In this document: positions 18,990 through 28,423 of the stretch, piece by piece | Layout: each line of letters opens with the position of its first letter | How positions within the stretch are numbered: position 1 is the stretch's first letter | Origin: a plasmid | Direction: 5' to 3' (one strand) | Sequence record: NZ_CP020440.2 | Length of the DNA: 64,000 nucleotides | Position numbers and translations under genes: made by a program | The notes under the pieces: model-generated | The model's database searches: none | What the model saw: the letters and a program-made list of their open reading frames with translations, nothing else | Told to the model about the DNA's origin: nothing

Positions 18990-19736
18990 TCAGGACTTGT
19001 CGGGCGCGGCCAGGAAGGCCTCGCGCGCGCGGTCGGCCCCCTCAAGGATGACGGCGCGCATGGCCGCGGCGGCGGCCTCGGGGTCGCGCGCGGCGATGGC
19101 GCTGGCGATGGAGAGGTGCTGGGCCGCGCAGCGGGCGATGCCCTCGGGGCTGAGCGCGGGGGACGACATCTGGAACGACACGGCCAGCGCCGCCTCGATC
19201 AGCGTGGTGACCGAGCGCATGAAGGGGTTGCGCGACATGGCGGCGACCGCCAGGTGAAAGTTCAGGTCCTCTTGCGCGACGGATTCGCGGCTGTGGCCCG
19301 GGTTGTCGATGCGCGCGGCGATGCCGAACAGCGCTGCGATTTCCTCGGCCGTGGCGTTCAGCGCGGCCAGGCGGGCCGCGGCCGGCTCGAACGCCAGGCG
19401 CATTTCGCTGAGATGGTCGATGAATTCGGCGCTCATGCCCGATTGCATCGTCCATGTGATCACGTCTGAATCGACGAAGTTCCAGGCGGCGCGGGGATTG
19501 ACCCGCGTGCCGACGCGGGATTTCGCGCGGACCAGCCCCTTGGCGGCCAGCGTCTTCATCGCCTCGCGCAGGACACTGCGGGACACGCCGAAGCGGTCCA
19601 GCAGCTGCGGATCGCCGGGCAGGGTGGCGCCTTCGGGGAACTCGCCCGCGATGATGGCGCGGCCCAACTGGTCCACCACCCGGGCGTGGCTGGATCGCGG
19701 CGCGTCCCCGAACATGCGCTGGCGCAGGATTCCCAT
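18990..19736 (-). CDS. GntR-family (FadR/FCD subfamily) transcriptional regulator
   Basis: N-terminal wHTH (…LGRAIIAGEFPEGATLPGDPQLLDRFGVSRSVLREAMKTLAAKGLV) plus an FCD-like C-terminal domain. Confidence 0.8.
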   Translation of the reverse strand: MGILRQRMFGDAPRSSHARVVDQLGRAIIAGEFPEGATLPGDPQLLDRFGVSRSVLREAMKTLAAKGLVRAKSRVGTRVNPRAAWNFVDSDVITWTMQSGMSAEFIDHLSEMRLAFEPAAARLAALNATAEEIAALFGIAARIDNPGHSRESVAQEDLNFHLAVAAMSRNPFMRSVTTLIEAALAVSFQMSSPALSPEGIARCAAQHLSIASAIAARDPEAAAAAMRAVILEGADRAREAFLAAPDKS

Positions 19737-19741
19737 CGGCC

Positions 19742-20722
19742 TCAGCCCCCCGACGCGCGCAGGGCGGCGCGACGTTCAGAGACCAGCAGGATCAGCCGCT
19801 GCAGCACGATGAAGGCGAAAAGCAGCAATCCCACCACGATCTTGGTCCACCAGGACGACAGCGTGCCGTCAAAGACGATATAGGTCTGGATCAGCCCCTG
19901 GATCAACACGCCGAACAGCGTCCCGAGAACCAGGCCCGATCCGCCGGTCAGCAAGGTGCCCCCCACCACCACGGCGGCGATGGCGTCCAGTTCCAGCCCG
20001 ACCGCCGCCAGCGAATAGCCGGCCGAGGTGTAAAGCGTATAGGCCAACCCCGAAAGCCCCGCCATGAAGCCCGAAAAGGCGTAAAGCTGCACCATGGTGC
20101 GGCGCAGCGGCACGCCCATCAGCTCGGCCGATTGTTCCGACCCGCCTAGCGCATAGACATTGGCGCCGAAGCGGGTGCGATGGGCCAGCACCACGCCGAC
20201 GGCAAAACCCGCCAGCATCAGCATGGCCAGGAAGCTGAGCTTGCCGCGGTCGGGCAGGGCGATGAACAGCCCCTTGAGCGCGCGCAGGAAGTCGTGGCTG
20301 ATCGGCACGCTGTCGGTCGAGATCAGGAAGGCCGCGCCGCGCGCCAGGAACATCCCCGCCAGCGTCACCACGAAGGCCGGCATCTTGAGCGCGTGGATGG
20401 TCAGCCCCATCAACGCCCCGAACCCGGTCGAGACGGCCAGCGCCAGGGCGAAGGCCAGCGCCGGATGCACGCCGGCCCGGACCAGCACCGCCACGAAGAC
20501 CGAGGTGAAGGCGATGACCGAGCCCATCGACAGGTCGATCCCGCCCGACAGGATGACGAAGGTCATGCCGACCGCCGCGATGCCCAGGAAGGCGTTGTCG
20601 GTCAGCAGGTTTCCCGCCACCCGCCAGGACAGCATGTTCGGGAACTGCGCCGCGCAAAGCGCATAGGCCGCCAGAAAGATCAGGACGGTCGCGGCAAAGG
20701 GCAGGTGGCGGGCGCGGATCAT
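19742..20722 (-). CDS. yjfF: Sugar ABC transporter permease (YjfF-like)
   Basis: Polytopic ABC branched-chain/sugar permease family; start MIRARHL at 20722 overlaps the upstream permease stop (ATGA). Confidence 0.75.
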   Translation of the reverse strand: MIRARHLPFAATVLIFLAAYALCAAQFPNMLSWRVAGNLLTDNAFLGIAAVGMTFVILSGGIDLSMGSVIAFTSVFVAVLVRAGVHPALAFALALAVSTGFGALMGLTIHALKMPAFVVTLAGMFLARGAAFLISTDSVPISHDFLRALKGLFIALPDRGKLSFLAMLMLAGFAVGVVLAHRTRFGANVYALGGSEQSAELMGVPLRRTMVQLYAFSGFMAGLSGLAYTLYTSAGYSLAAVGLELDAIAAVVVGGTLLTGGSGLVLGTLFGVLIQGLIQTYIVFDGTLSSWWTKIVVGLLLFAFIVLQRLILLVSERRAALRASGG

Positions 20723-21717
20723 TCCGGGGCCTTTCGACGGGCTGTCAGGCCCTTCAGCATCGTCACCTGGTCGGTGACCGCGGGCGATTGCAGCGTCAGG
20801 ATGGCGACGATGACCACGGCCTTGACGATCAGGTTGAACTCGGGCGGCCAGCCGGACATCAGGATGCCCGTATTCAGGGCCTGGATGATCAGCGCCCCGA
20901 TCAGCGAGGCGGTGATGGAAAACCGCCCTCCCGCCAGCGAGGTGCCGCCGATCACCACGGCGAGGATCGCGTCCAACTCCAGCCAGAGGCCCGCGTTGTT
21001 GGCGTCGGCGCCGTGGATGTCGGCGGTGACGATCATTCCCGCCATGGCCGCGCAAAGCCCCGAGATGGCATAGGTCGCAAGGATCAGGAACCGCGCCCGC
21101 ACCCCCACCAGCATCGCGGCGCGGCGGTTGATCCCCACCGCCTCGATCAGCAGGCCAAGCGCGGTGCGGCGAACGGCCAGCCCGACCGCGGCCCCCATCG
21201 CCAGCCAGATCAGGATCGGCATGGGCACGCCCAGGACCGCGCCCGAGCCCAGAAAGCTGAAGGCGTCCGAATTGAAGGTCAGGATCACGCCGCCGGTGAC
21301 AAGCTGCGCGATGCCGCGCCCCGCGACCATCAGGATCAGCGTGGCGATGATCGGCTGGATGTCCAGGAATGCCACTAGCACGCCGTTCCAAAGCCCGCAC
21401 AGCAGCCCCAGCGCCAGCGAGACCGCCAGCACCACCGGGACCGGCTGGCCGTCGGCCACCAGCGTCGCCGCGACCGCGCCGGTGATCGCCATGACCGCGC
21501 CCACCGACAGGTCGATGCCGCGCGTCGCGATCACCAGCGTCATGCCGATCGCCAGCAGCGCGACCGGCGCGACGCGCACGCCCACGTCGATCAGGCTGCC
21601 GTAAAGCCGGCCGTTCTGCACCGTGACCGAAAAGAACCCGGGCGAGACGAGGCCGATCAGCACCAGCACCACGGCCAGCGCGACAAGTTGCGGACGAAGC
21701 GCGACCAGCTTTTTCAT
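20719..21717 (-). CDS. ytfT: Sugar ABC transporter permease (YtfT-like)
   Basis: MKKLVALRPQLVALAVVLVLIG…; ATG at 21717 overlaps the ATPase stop. Confidence 0.75.
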   Translation of the reverse strand: MKKLVALRPQLVALAVVLVLIGLVSPGFFSVTVQNGRLYGSLIDVGVRVAPVALLAIGMTLVIATRGIDLSVGAVMAITGAVAATLVADGQPVPVVLAVSLALGLLCGLWNGVLVAFLDIQPIIATLILMVAGRGIAQLVTGGVILTFNSDAFSFLGSGAVLGVPMPILIWLAMGAAVGLAVRRTALGLLIEAVGINRRAAMLVGVRARFLILATYAISGLCAAMAGMIVTADIHGADANNAGLWLELDAILAVVIGGTSLAGGRFSITASLIGALIIQALNTGILMSGWPPEFNLIVKAVVIVAILTLQSPAVTDQVTMLKGLTARRKAPE

Positions 21718-23228
21718 GCGGCCTCTCCGGGCACGGCCATGGCCTCGACGATGGCCTGGGCCGAGATGTCGGCGCCCCGCAGTTCGCGGACGTGCTGGCG
21801 GTCCGACAGCACGATGACGCGGGTGGAATAGGCGACCAGCTCCTCGATTTCCGAGGAGATGACGACCAGCGCCATGCCGTCGGCGCGCAGCCGCTCGATC
21901 AGGGCGATGATTTCGGCATGTGCGCCGATGTCGATGCCGCGCGTCGGCTCGTCCAGGATCAGCAGTCGCGGGTCGGTCGCAAGCCAGCGCGCCAAGATCG
22001 CCTTTTGCTGGTTGCCGCCGGACAGGAACTTGATCGGCCGGTCGGGGTCGGGCGGGCGGATGTCCAGCGCCTTGATATAGCGCCGCGCCAGCGCATCCGC
22101 CTCGCGCCGGGGGATGGGGCGGGCCCAGCCGCGCCGGGCCTGCAGGGCCAGCGCGATGTTCTGGCTTACCGACAGGTCGCCCACGATGCCGTCGGTCTTG
22201 CGTTCCTCGGGGCACATGCCGAAGCCCAGCGAGATCGCCTCTTCGGGCGAGGTCAGGGCGACGGGGCGGTCGTCGACCAGCGCGCGGCCGCTGTCGGGGC
22301 GGTCGATCCCGAACATCAGCCGCGCCGTCTCGGTGCGCCCCGAGCCCAGAAGCCCCGCGATCCCCACCACCTCGCCCGCGCGGATCGCCAGGTCGAAGGG
22401 CGCGACCGAGCCGCGCTTGCCGTAGCCTTCGAACCGGAAGGCGGCCGGCGTGTCGCCGGGGTTGCCCGCGCCGGGGTCGCGATGCGCCGTCGCCTCGGCC
22501 AGTTCGCGGCCCAGCATCAGGGCCACCAGATCGCGGCGGGGCAGGTCCGCCAGGCGGCGGCTGCCGACCATGCGGCCGTTCCTCAGCACCGTCACGCGGT
22601 CGGCGACCTGATAGACCTGATCCAGGAAATGGGTGATGATGACGATGCCCAGGCCCTGGTCGCGCAACTGTTTCAGGACGGTGAACAGCGCCTGTACCTC
22701 GCGCGCGTCCAGGCTTGCGGTGGGTTCGTCCAGAAACAGCACCTTGCCCGACAGATCCACCGCGCGGGCGATGGCGATGATCTGGCGCACGGCCACGGAA
22801 TAGCGGGCCAGGGTTTCGTCCGGGTCGGCGGCAATGCCATAGCGGGCCAGCAGCGCGCCGGCGCGGGCCCGCATCCGGCGGCGGTCGATCATGCCCCAGC
22901 GGCGGGGCTGCCGGCCCAGATACAGGTTCTCGGCCACCGTCAGATTGTCGAGCAGGTTGACCTCTTGATAGACCGTGCCGATGCCCAGGGCCTGCGCCTC
23001 GGCAACGGATCGCGGCTCGACCTCGGCACCCTCAAGCTGCATGGCGCCGTCGTCGCGGCGATAGGCGCCGGTCAGGATCTTGACCAGCGTGGACTTGCCC
23101 GCGCCGTTTTCACCCAGCAGGGCATGGATCTCTCCGGGATGCAGGGTGAAATCGACGCCGTCCAGCACCTTCACGCCGAAGAATGCCTTGTCGATTCCCC
23201 GTGCGGTCAGCAGCGCCGGGTCGGTCAT
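21714..23228 (-). CDS. ytfR: Sugar ABC transporter ATP-binding protein with duplicated ABC domains (YtfR-like)
   Basis: Two Walker A motifs (GENGAGKST and GLLGSGRTE region) and two signature motifs (LSGGNQQK). Confidence 0.85.
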   Translation of the reverse strand: MTDPALLTARGIDKAFFGVKVLDGVDFTLHPGEIHALLGENGAGKSTLVKILTGAYRRDDGAMQLEGAEVEPRSVAEAQALGIGTVYQEVNLLDNLTVAENLYLGRQPRRWGMIDRRRMRARAGALLARYGIAADPDETLARYSVAVRQIIAIARAVDLSGKVLFLDEPTASLDAREVQALFTVLKQLRDQGLGIVIITHFLDQVYQVADRVTVLRNGRMVGSRRLADLPRRDLVALMLGRELAEATAHRDPGAGNPGDTPAAFRFEGYGKRGSVAPFDLAIRAGEVVGIAGLLGSGRTETARLMFGIDRPDSGRALVDDRPVALTSPEEAISLGFGMCPEERKTDGIVGDLSVSQNIALALQARRGWARPIPRREADALARRYIKALDIRPPDPDRPIKFLSGGNQQKAILARWLATDPRLLILDEPTRGIDIGAHAEIIALIERLRADGMALVVISSEIEELVAYSTRVIVLSDRQHVRELRGADISAQAIVEAMAVPGEAA

Positions 23229-23245
23229 GATCGGGTTCCCTAAAA

Positions 23246-23269
23246 GGGGCGGGGCCGGACAGCCCCGCC
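23246..23269 (-). terminator. Intercistronic hairpin GGGCGGGGC-cggaca-GCCCCGCCC followed by UUUUA on the transcript (attenuator between the binding-protein and ATPase genes)
   Basis: 9-bp perfect stem just after the ytfQ stop; the minus-strand RNA continues CUUUUAGGG. Confidence 0.4.
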
Positions 23270-23276
23270 CGCAGGC

Positions 23277-24239
23277 TCAATAGCCCAGGTCCTTCTTGGA
23301 TTCGTAGACCGCCTTGGGGTCGTCGGCCTGGGTATAGAGTTTCGATTCCGTCTGGATCCATTTCGGCGGCTCGGTGCCGTCGGCCAGGTATTTCTCGAGC
23401 ACGTCGAAGGCGGGCCCCGCCATGTTCGGGGTCAGCTCGACCGTGGCGTTCGCCTCTCCGGCGGCCATGGCCAGGAAGATGTCGGGCACGGCGTCGATCG
23501 ACACGATCCTGATGTCGGTGCCGGGTTTCAGCCCCGCTTCCTTGATGGCCTGGATCGCGCCGACGGCCATGTCGTCGTTATGGGCATAGACCGCGCAGAT
23601 GTCCTTGCCGCCGTTTTCCGCCTTGATGAAGCTTTCCATCACCTCCTTGCCCTTGGTGCGGGTAAAGTCGCCGGTCTGGCTGCGGGCGATGGTGATGTTC
23701 GGATGGCCCGCGATGGCTTCCTCGAAGCCCTTCTTGCGGTTGATCGCCGGGGACGAGCCGGTGGTGCCCTGCAGTTCCACGACCTTGCACGGCTTGTCGC
23801 CCACGTCCTTGACCAGCCATTCGCCGGCCACCTTGCCTTCGTGGACCTGGTCCGAAGTGACGGCGGTCAGGTACAGGTCCTCGGGCGCGTCGATCTGGCG
23901 GTCCAGCAGGACGACGGGGATTTCGGCGTCCTTGGCCTCGGCCAGCACGTCCTCCCATCCGGTGGCGACGACCGGGGCGATCAGGATGGCGTCGACCCCC
24001 TGCGCGATGAAGCCGCGCACGGCCTTGATCTGGTTTTCCTGTTTCTGCTGGGCATCGGCGAATTTCAGGTCGATGCCGCGGTCCTTGGCCTGGTTCTGCG
24101 TCACCGTGGTTTCGGCGGCGCGCCAGCCCGATTCCGAGCCGATCTGCGAAAAGCCCACGGTCATGTCCGCGGCGAAGGCGCCGGCGCCGGACAGCATCAG
24201 GCAGGCGGCCGAACTGGCCGCCAGAAGCGTGCGTTTCAT
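23277..24239 (-). CDS. ytfQ: Periplasmic sugar-binding protein (YtfQ-like, galactofuranose/ribose-binding family)
   Basis: Signal peptide MKRTLLAASSAACLMLSGAGAFA; periplasmic-binding-protein type I fold residues. Confidence 0.8.
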   Translation of the reverse strand: MKRTLLAASSAACLMLSGAGAFAADMTVGFSQIGSESGWRAAETTVTQNQAKDRGIDLKFADAQQKQENQIKAVRGFIAQGVDAILIAPVVATGWEDVLAEAKDAEIPVVLLDRQIDAPEDLYLTAVTSDQVHEGKVAGEWLVKDVGDKPCKVVELQGTTGSSPAINRKKGFEEAIAGHPNITIARSQTGDFTRTKGKEVMESFIKAENGGKDICAVYAHNDDMAVGAIQAIKEAGLKPGTDIRIVSIDAVPDIFLAMAAGEANATVELTPNMAGPAFDVLEKYLADGTEPPKWIQTESKLYTQADDPKAVYESKKDLGY

Positions 24240-24309
24240 GATGATCCTCCCCTGTGAAGGTCCTTCAACCCTCAGACTCAAGGGATAAAGTATGATTTAT
24301 TACCGGTCA

Positions 24310-24323
24310 ACAGTTTCAACTGT
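24310..24323. promoter_or_regulatory. Inverted repeat ACAGTT-tc-AACTGT about 75 nt upstream of ytfQ (candidate GntR operator)
   Basis: Seen directly; a GT…AC-type palindrome typical of GntR-family operators. Confidence 0.25.
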
Positions 24324-24359
24324 CATCCCGAACGGTGGCAGGTCCGCCGAATAGTCAGA

Positions 24360-24566
24360 TCAATCGCGATGCCGCCGGTCGCAGCGCAGGACCCAGAGCC
24401 AGCCCAGCAGGTGCAGGATGACGCCGATGCGAAAGGCCAGGCCGACATGGCCCACCAGCCAGCCGATCAGCAGCGCGACCTCCAGCACCAGGGCCAGCGA
24501 CATCGCGAACCAGATCAGCCCGCAGCACAGGCGCATCAGCCAGTTCTGGTCGCGATCGAGTGTCAT
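24360..24566 (-). CDS. Small hypothetical membrane protein (68 aa, two TM helices), last gene of the emrAB transcription unit
   Basis: MTLDRDQNWLMRLCCGLIWFAMSLALVLEVALLIGWLVGHVGLAFRIGVILHLLGWLWVLRCDRRHRD; taken from an internal ATG of the 24360..24806 track ORF. Confidence 0.3.
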   Translation of the reverse strand: MTLDRDQNWLMRLCCGLIWFAMSLALVLEVALLIGWLVGHVGLAFRIGVILHLLGWLWVLRCDRRHRD

Positions 24567-24854
24567 GTGGGGAATACCTTGGACCGCCAAAGGGGCAAGG
24601 GCGTGTCGGCAAGCCGCGTTGCCACGTCGATGCAGACGCGCGGCGTCCGCGCCACCAGGGTGTTCGGCGCCAGGCCCATCACGCGGCCGTCGCGAAGGGC
24701 GCCGACGCTTTTCTGGCCTGTCCAGGATGAAATCAGCCTTCGCCCCATCGGGTCCGCTCCGCATGTGCAGAATCGCAGTAAAACATCGCCGCGAGCGAGC
24801 CAGCAATGGCTGATTACAATTTCCCCGATTCCTGTGTTCTGCTTCGCGGGCGGG

Positions 24855-26441
24855 CTAGTGCCCGCCGCCGCCCCCGCCCCCGGCCGCCGGTTTCTGGACA
24901 AAGGCCAGAAGCAGGCCGAGCGCGGCGAAAAGTCCAGCCAGCAAAAGGAAGATATCGCCCAGCGACATGACCATGGCCTGCATGCGCACAAGGCCCGTCA
25001 ACGTCGACAGCGCCGCGGTGTCGGCCACATCGCCCAGCGAGGCGTAAGCGCCCTGAAGCATCCCCATCGCCTGATCGGCGGCCGGGTTCGTGGCGCTGAC
25101 GCTTTCGGCGATCCGGGCATAGTGGAAGTCCTGGCGATTCGACAGGATCGTGTTGATCAGCGCCAGCCCCACCGCGCCGCCCAGGTTGCGCGTCAGGTTG
25201 AACAGGCCCGAGGCGTTCTTGACCTTGTCGGGCGGCAGCATCCCCAGCGCGATGTTCGACACCGGCACCATGCACAGCATCAAGGACACCCCGCGCAGGA
25301 TCTGAGGCACGAAGATCTCCCAGTAATCCCAGTCGTCGGTCAGCCGGGTCATCATCCAGCAGCTCAGCGAGAACATGACGAAGCCCACGGCCATCATGAT
25401 CCGGGGATCGACCGAGCGCGACAGCCGTCCCGCCACGGGCGCGGTCAGGAACATGGCGATGCCCGACACCATCATCGCCTCGCCGATCTGCAGCGAGTTG
25501 TAGCCGCGGATCCCCGACAGATAGACCGGAAAGATATAGATCAGCCCGTAAAGCCCGATGCCAAGGCCGAAGCTGAACATCGAGCCCATGGCGAAGTTGC
25601 GGTCGGCGAAGGCGTCCAGCCGCACGATGGGCTCGCGCGCCGTGAAGGCCCGCCAGAAGAACAGGAATCCCCCCACCAGCATCACGGCCGTCAGAAGCAC
25701 GATGGTCTCGTCCGCGAACCAGTCGTTCTTGGCGCCTTCCTCAAGCACGTACTCCATGGCCCCCAGCAGCAGCGCCAGGCCCAGAAAGCCCCACCAGTCG
25801 AACCGGCTGAGCAGGCTCATGTCCGGTTTGTCGAAGTCGATCAGCAGGAAGGCCGCCGTGGTGACGATGATGCCGGGGATCACGTTGATGAAGAACAGCC
25901 AGTGCCAGCTGAGGAACTCGGTCAGATAGCCGCCCAGCGTCGGGCCGATGGTCGGCGCCAGCGTCGCCACCAGCCCGATCATGGGCGAGACTATGTGCAT
26001 CTTGGAGCGCGGAAAGATCGTGAAGGCGCAGGCAAAGACCGTCGGGATCATCGCGCCCCCGATGAAGCCTTGCAGCGCGCGCCACAGGATCATCTCGCTG
26101 ATGTTGTTCGAAAGGCCGCACATCAGGCTCATCAGCGTGAAGCCGGCCGACGAAATGGTGAACAGCCAGCGCGTCGACAGCATCCGCGACAGATAGCCCG
26201 ACAGCGGGATCATGATGACTTCGGCGATCAGGTACGAGGTCTGGATCCACGGGATCTCGTCGCCCGAGGCCGCAAGCCCGGACTGGATTTCGGACAGCGA
26301 GGCCGAGACGATCTGGATGTCCAGGATCGCCATGAACATGCCCAGCACCATCAGCAGGAAGGTGATCAGCCGCCTGGGGTCGATGCGGTCGTCCGCCGGG
26401 GCGCCCGCGGGCCCGGCCACCGTCGCGGCGGGGCTTGCCAT
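24855..26441 (-). CDS. emrB: DHA2-family MFS multidrug efflux transporter (EmrB-like, 14 TM)
   Basis: 528 aa; 14-TM drug:H+ antiporter motifs (…GPTLGGYLTE…). Confidence 0.85.
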   Translation of the reverse strand: MASPAATVAGPAGAPADDRIDPRRLITFLLMVLGMFMAILDIQIVSASLSEIQSGLAASGDEIPWIQTSYLIAEVIMIPLSGYLSRMLSTRWLFTISSAGFTLMSLMCGLSNNISEMILWRALQGFIGGAMIPTVFACAFTIFPRSKMHIVSPMIGLVATLAPTIGPTLGGYLTEFLSWHWLFFINVIPGIIVTTAAFLLIDFDKPDMSLLSRFDWWGFLGLALLLGAMEYVLEEGAKNDWFADETIVLLTAVMLVGGFLFFWRAFTAREPIVRLDAFADRNFAMGSMFSFGLGIGLYGLIYIFPVYLSGIRGYNSLQIGEAMMVSGIAMFLTAPVAGRLSRSVDPRIMMAVGFVMFSLSCWMMTRLTDDWDYWEIFVPQILRGVSLMLCMVPVSNIALGMLPPDKVKNASGLFNLTRNLGGAVGLALINTILSNRQDFHYARIAESVSATNPAADQAMGMLQGAYASLGDVADTAALSTLTGLVRMQAMVMSLGDIFLLLAGLFAALGLLLAFVQKPAAGGGGGGGH

Positions 26442-26442
26442 G

Positions 26443-27639
26443 TCAGCCCTCGGCGTTGGCAGCGGCGGTCACCGCGCCGCGCCGGTCCAGCGCGCTGGTC
26501 GCCGGGGCCTCGCCCGGGGCGGCGTCGGTGGGCCGCTTCGTCGCGGGGGCGGCGGCGGGCAGGGGCTCGTCCTGACCGGTGCGGGTGTCGACCTCGACCA
26601 CGACGGACATGCCGGGGCGCAGCGGCAGGCGGGCGCGGTCCTGGGCCTCGATCTCGATGCGGACCGGGACGCGCTGGACGACCTTGGTGAAGTTGCCGGT
26701 CGCGTTCGAGGCGGGCAGCAGGCTGAACACCTGCCCGGTCCCGGCGGTCAGGCTGTCCACATGGCCGCGCAGCTCGGCGTCGGGCCAGGCGTCCACGGTA
26801 ATGCGCACCGCTGCCCCCGGGCGGATGCCGGCGATCTGGGTTTCCTTGAAGTTCGCCTCGACATAGACGGCGCCGGTGGGCACCAGCGTTCCGATGCGCG
26901 AGCCGGTGGTCACGAAGGAGCCGACCTCGATCTGGCGTTCGGTCAGGATGCCGTCGAAGGGCGCGCGGACCCGGGTAAAGTCCAGGTCGCGCTGCGCCAG
27001 CCGCAGCCCGGTCTGGGCCGAGCGGACATCCAGCGCGGCGCTGTCGCGCTTGGCTTCGAGGACCTGCACCTCGGCCTTGGCCTGCGACAGCGCGGCGCGG
27101 GCGCTGGCGACCTGGGCGCTGGCCGATTTCGCCGTCGCCTCGGCCGCGTCAAGCGCCGCCTGGGTTCCGGCCGATGTCACTTTCAGTTCCTGGGCGCGGC
27201 GAAAGCTTTTCTGCGCGCCATCGTTCGTCGCCTCGGCGGCGGCAAGGGCCGCGCGGGCCTGTTCGACGGCGGCCTGGCCCGCGACGATCTGCGCGTCCAG
27301 CTGGACCTGCGCGCTTTCGGCCAGGGCCAGGGCGTTCTGCGCCTTTTCCAGCGCCAGCGCGTAATCCTGCGGGTCGATCACCGCGATCACCTGGTCCTTT
27401 TTCACGGGCGCGTTCGGGGCGACCAGCACCTCGGCGACATAGCCGGTATCGCGGGCCTGCAGCATGATCAGGTCGGCCTGCAGATAGGCGTCGTCCGTTT
27501 CCTGGTGAAAGCGGCCGTGGCTGTACCAGCGCCACCCCTGCCAGCCGGCCAGCACCAGCACCAGAAGGGCCACGATGGCCAAAACGCGCTTGGCCTTGCC
27601 GCCCTTGGCGGGCTGCGGGGCAGAAATATCGGAAGCCAT
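26443..27639 (-). CDS. emrA: HlyD/EmrA-family membrane fusion protein
   Basis: N-terminal TM anchor, long coiled-coil and a beta-barrel (…FTRVRAPFDGILTERQIEVGSFV…). Confidence 0.85.
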   Translation of the reverse strand: MASDISAPQPAKGGKAKRVLAIVALLVLVLAGWQGWRWYSHGRFHQETDDAYLQADLIMLQARDTGYVAEVLVAPNAPVKKDQVIAVIDPQDYALALEKAQNALALAESAQVQLDAQIVAGQAAVEQARAALAAAEATNDGAQKSFRRAQELKVTSAGTQAALDAAEATAKSASAQVASARAALSQAKAEVQVLEAKRDSAALDVRSAQTGLRLAQRDLDFTRVRAPFDGILTERQIEVGSFVTTGSRIGTLVPTGAVYVEANFKETQIAGIRPGAAVRITVDAWPDAELRGHVDSLTAGTGQVFSLLPASNATGNFTKVVQRVPVRIEIEAQDRARLPLRPGMSVVVEVDTRTGQDEPLPAAAPATKRPTDAAPGEAPATSALDRRGAVTAAANAEG

Positions 27640-27694
27640 GGTGGCGGCCTTTCTAAGGGAGGCGAATCTGATCAGGAGGCTTTGCAATATAGTG

Positions 27695-27715
27695 TTGACC
27701 GAACCGTTCGGTCAA
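27695..27715. promoter_or_regulatory. Perfect 10-1-10 palindrome TTGACCGAAC-c-GTTCGGTCAA in the emrA/tetR divergent promoter (probable TetR operator)
   Basis: Seen directly, 34 nt upstream of the tetR ATG. Confidence 0.5.
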
Positions 27716-27748
27716 TATACCAAAAGCCGATATTACAAAGGAAAAACG

Positions 27749-28423
27749 ATGACCGAGACCGCGCCCTCTGTCGCCGGGCCCGAGGCCGCGCCGAGCGACA
27801 GCCCCAAGCGCCAGCAGATCCTGGATGGCGCCCGCCGGATGTTCCTGGCCAAGGGGTTCGAGGGCGCGTCGATGCAGGACGTGGCCAAGGCGGCGGGCGT
27901 GTCGAAGGGGACGCTCTATGTCTATTTCGACAGCAAGGAGGCCGTGTTCGAGGCGCTGGTGCTGAAGGAATGCGGCCGGATGCAGGACACCGTCCGCCGG
28001 CTGGGTTCCGGCGCGGGGCAGGCGGGGGACGAACTCTGCGCCATTGCCCGGCAGATGGTTTCGACCCTGCTGCAGCCCGAGGTGCTGGCCGCCATGCGCA
28101 TGATGATCGGCGCGGGCGAGAAGTTTCCCGACCTGGCCCGCAAGATCTACGAAGCGGGGCCCGCGCGCTCGGCCGCGATCCTGGCGGACTATCTGCAAGG
28201 CAGGGTCGACCGGGGCGACCTTGCGATCCAGGATTGCGGGGCGGCTGCGGCCGAATTCCTGGACCTGGTGATCGCGGGGCTGCAGCGGCGTGCGCTGTTG
28301 ATGATGCCGCCGCTGCCCGATGACCGGATCGAGGCGCATGTGACGTCCCGCGTCGGCCGCTTCCTGGCGGTCTATGCGCCCTCAGACGCTTTGCAGGAAG
28401 CCGCCCGACTGCCGCGCCCATAG
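27749..28423 (+). CDS. TetR-family transcriptional repressor
   Basis: QQILDGARRMFLAKGFEGASMQDVAKAAGVSKGTLYVYF (TetR HTH). ATG at 27749 with an AAAGGAAAAAC RBS. Confidence 0.8.
   Translation: MTETAPSVAGPEAAPSDSPKRQQILDGARRMFLAKGFEGASMQDVAKAAGVSKGTLYVYFDSKEAVFEALVLKECGRMQDTVRRLGSGAGQAGDELCAIARQMVSTLLQPEVLAAMRMMIGAGEKFPDLARKIYEAGPARSAAILADYLQGRVDRGDLAIQDCGAAAAEFLDLVIAGLQRRALLMMPPLPDDRIEAHVTSRVGRFLAVYAPSDALQEAARLPRP

Noticed and set aside
24369-26690. 773-aa plus-strand ORF that is His/Arg/Gln/Asp-rich
   Set aside because: Antisense to emrB and emrA. Its repetitive charged composition (HQ…RR…) is the mirror image of hydrophobic TM codons.
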